DNA of 63,647 nucleotides, filler included, from Pirum gemmata (taxonomy: Eukaryota): assembly GCA_002812295.1 (NCBI GenBank). It is 13 parts of 13 records of this genome, joined end to end, with 100 filler letters (N's around TTAATTAATTAA, not from the genome) between each part and the next. Parts side by side here need not be neighbours in the genome. Positions count along the whole stretch, not along the records: positions 58,910 to 63,647 come from PDIN01000918.1; 12 more parts are not named here. One strand, written 5' to 3'. The notes below the pieces were generated by a model. The model did no database searches, was not told where the DNA came from, and saw nothing but the letters and a program-made list of their open reading frames with translations. Positions 62,279 to 63,647 of the stretch are shown here, one piece after another. The position numbers were made by a program, and so were the translations under genes. Positions within the stretch are counted from its first letter, which is position 1, and every line of letters begins with the position of its first letter.

Positions 62279-62445
62279 GTTGTCCCCTCAATCTTTAATT
62301 TGGTATTGTTTAAGTGTATAATTGAACCTTTTTATAAAATACAACACTAAATATAAAATACCAAATTAATTAAAACATGTCTGATAGTTTAACCGCAATA
62401 TTAATTTGGTACGTTTTGAATTGGACAGCACATTGAAAAACACGA
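62279..62445 (+). mobile_element. Family B-related element, right half
   Basis: ctcaatctttaatttggtattgtttaag...ataccaaattaattaaaacatgtctgatag...gaaaaacacga|ta. Matches 7075-7223 and 9199-9353. Confidence 0.7.
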
Positions 62446-63647
62446 TAACCGCCTGTCTGTTAGACCCGGGCCTATAGTATGCAGCTGTATGCTATTATAA
62501 TTCTTACACTGTCACTGCCTTACTCTGCCTTACTATATTTATCTCTGAACAAAATTTTATATAAAATAGTTCTATATATACGCAATTTTCAAGATTTTGC
62601 TCACTCTCTTCCCGTTATTAACATTAATTTGGAAAAGTATGAAATATATAGCAAATATTCGGTTATTTTCGCGAAAATAACCGAATATTTGCTATAACCA
62701 AATGTGGGGTCTTTCGGTCCTTGGCCATATTATATATATTACCATATATATTATAAACTACATTCTACAAGCAGTTATAAAGTAAACAAAGTAAATACAA
62801 GAGTGGGAGTAGACTCAAGGGTTACCCAAGAGTTATACAAGCTAAATACAGTAATCTCAAATACAGCACTCTACATTATAAAAATTAGAATTTCCTTGAC
62901 TAGATCTATAGATATTGATCCCAGCGGTGTAGAACTGGCGTAGGTTACTTACGTGTCCGGCTATCCTACCATTTTATTAATTTGTAAATAAATATCGATA
63001 TTGTATGATAGTGTAGTTTAATTAAACCTTAAACCTTAACCTTAAACCTTAACCTTCACCTTTTCCTTCATCTTTACTTTAACCATAAAACCTTAATCTT
63101 AATCTTAACCTTAACCTTAATTAAAACCTTTAAAACCTTAATTAACTTTAACTTTAACTTTAACTTTAACTCGGGGGAGGTAGTTTACAACGTTATTAGG
63201 ACCTTTTTAATATGACTCTCTTTTGCTGGGTTTTTAAAAATAGGGAAGGTAGGCAACAACGTCACTAAGTCGCATTGCGCGACTCCTTCGATCTGAATGA
63301 ACACTACAACAACATAACTTTCAGAAAGAGAAACCAGACCATTTCCAATAAAAAATAATACTGAAAAAGAATACTAATAGTGCCAGAGAACAGTTAATTA
63401 AAATGATTATCTCGCATAATTTTTTTTTATTAGCAAAGACTCAGAGCAAAGACTGGAAACAAGTGCAAAGTGACAACACTGACAACTGATAACCTTAGCT
63501 CATTCAAACATTTATTGGTGCGTCTTTACCTAAAAAATAAAAAATGAGCTGTTTTCCAAATAATACTATGTTTTCAAAAAATTATTATTATTATTATTAT
63601 TATTATAATTATTATCAAGTTATTAATATTAATAATATTATTATTAT

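Noticed and set aside
1..63647. rRNA, tRNA or other structured RNA genes; alternative genetic code
   Set aside because: No recognisable RNA gene motifs were seen. Long genes translate cleanly with the standard code and end in TAA/TAG.

Overview
Very AT-rich eukaryotic DNA (roughly 20-25% GC by eye) with GT-AG introns and TTAGGG telomeric repeats. The window is not one locus. It is 13 unrelated contigs of about 4.7-5.6 kb joined by 12 artificial 100-bp linkers (N44-TTAATTAATTAA-N44), so gene adjacency means something only within a contig. Genes that can be supported: a partial AA5 copper-radical oxidase, the C-terminal part of a full-size ABCA transporter, an intronless secreted multidomain GH16 glucanase, a 562-aa repeat protein, two UPRT exons, a Tyr-motif-rich type I membrane protein tail, a Cys-containing-LRR terminal exon and several unknown exons. 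A tandemly repeated two-exon 89-aa MBS1-like C2H2 zinc-finger gene, missed by the ORF track, is also present. The last contig carries decayed virion-fibre gene fragments (S74 chaperone motif, QTxxxENGIY motifs), probably an endogenous virus relic. Intergenic DNA is dense in short TIR elements (MITEs) of many families, interstitial telomeric and telomere-derived hexamer arrays, CTAG/TAGC filler and locally templated patchwork duplications next to gene 3' ends. A unicellular opisthokont/holozoan source is plausible but cannot be established from this window. All homology calls come from motif recognition; no database search was run.
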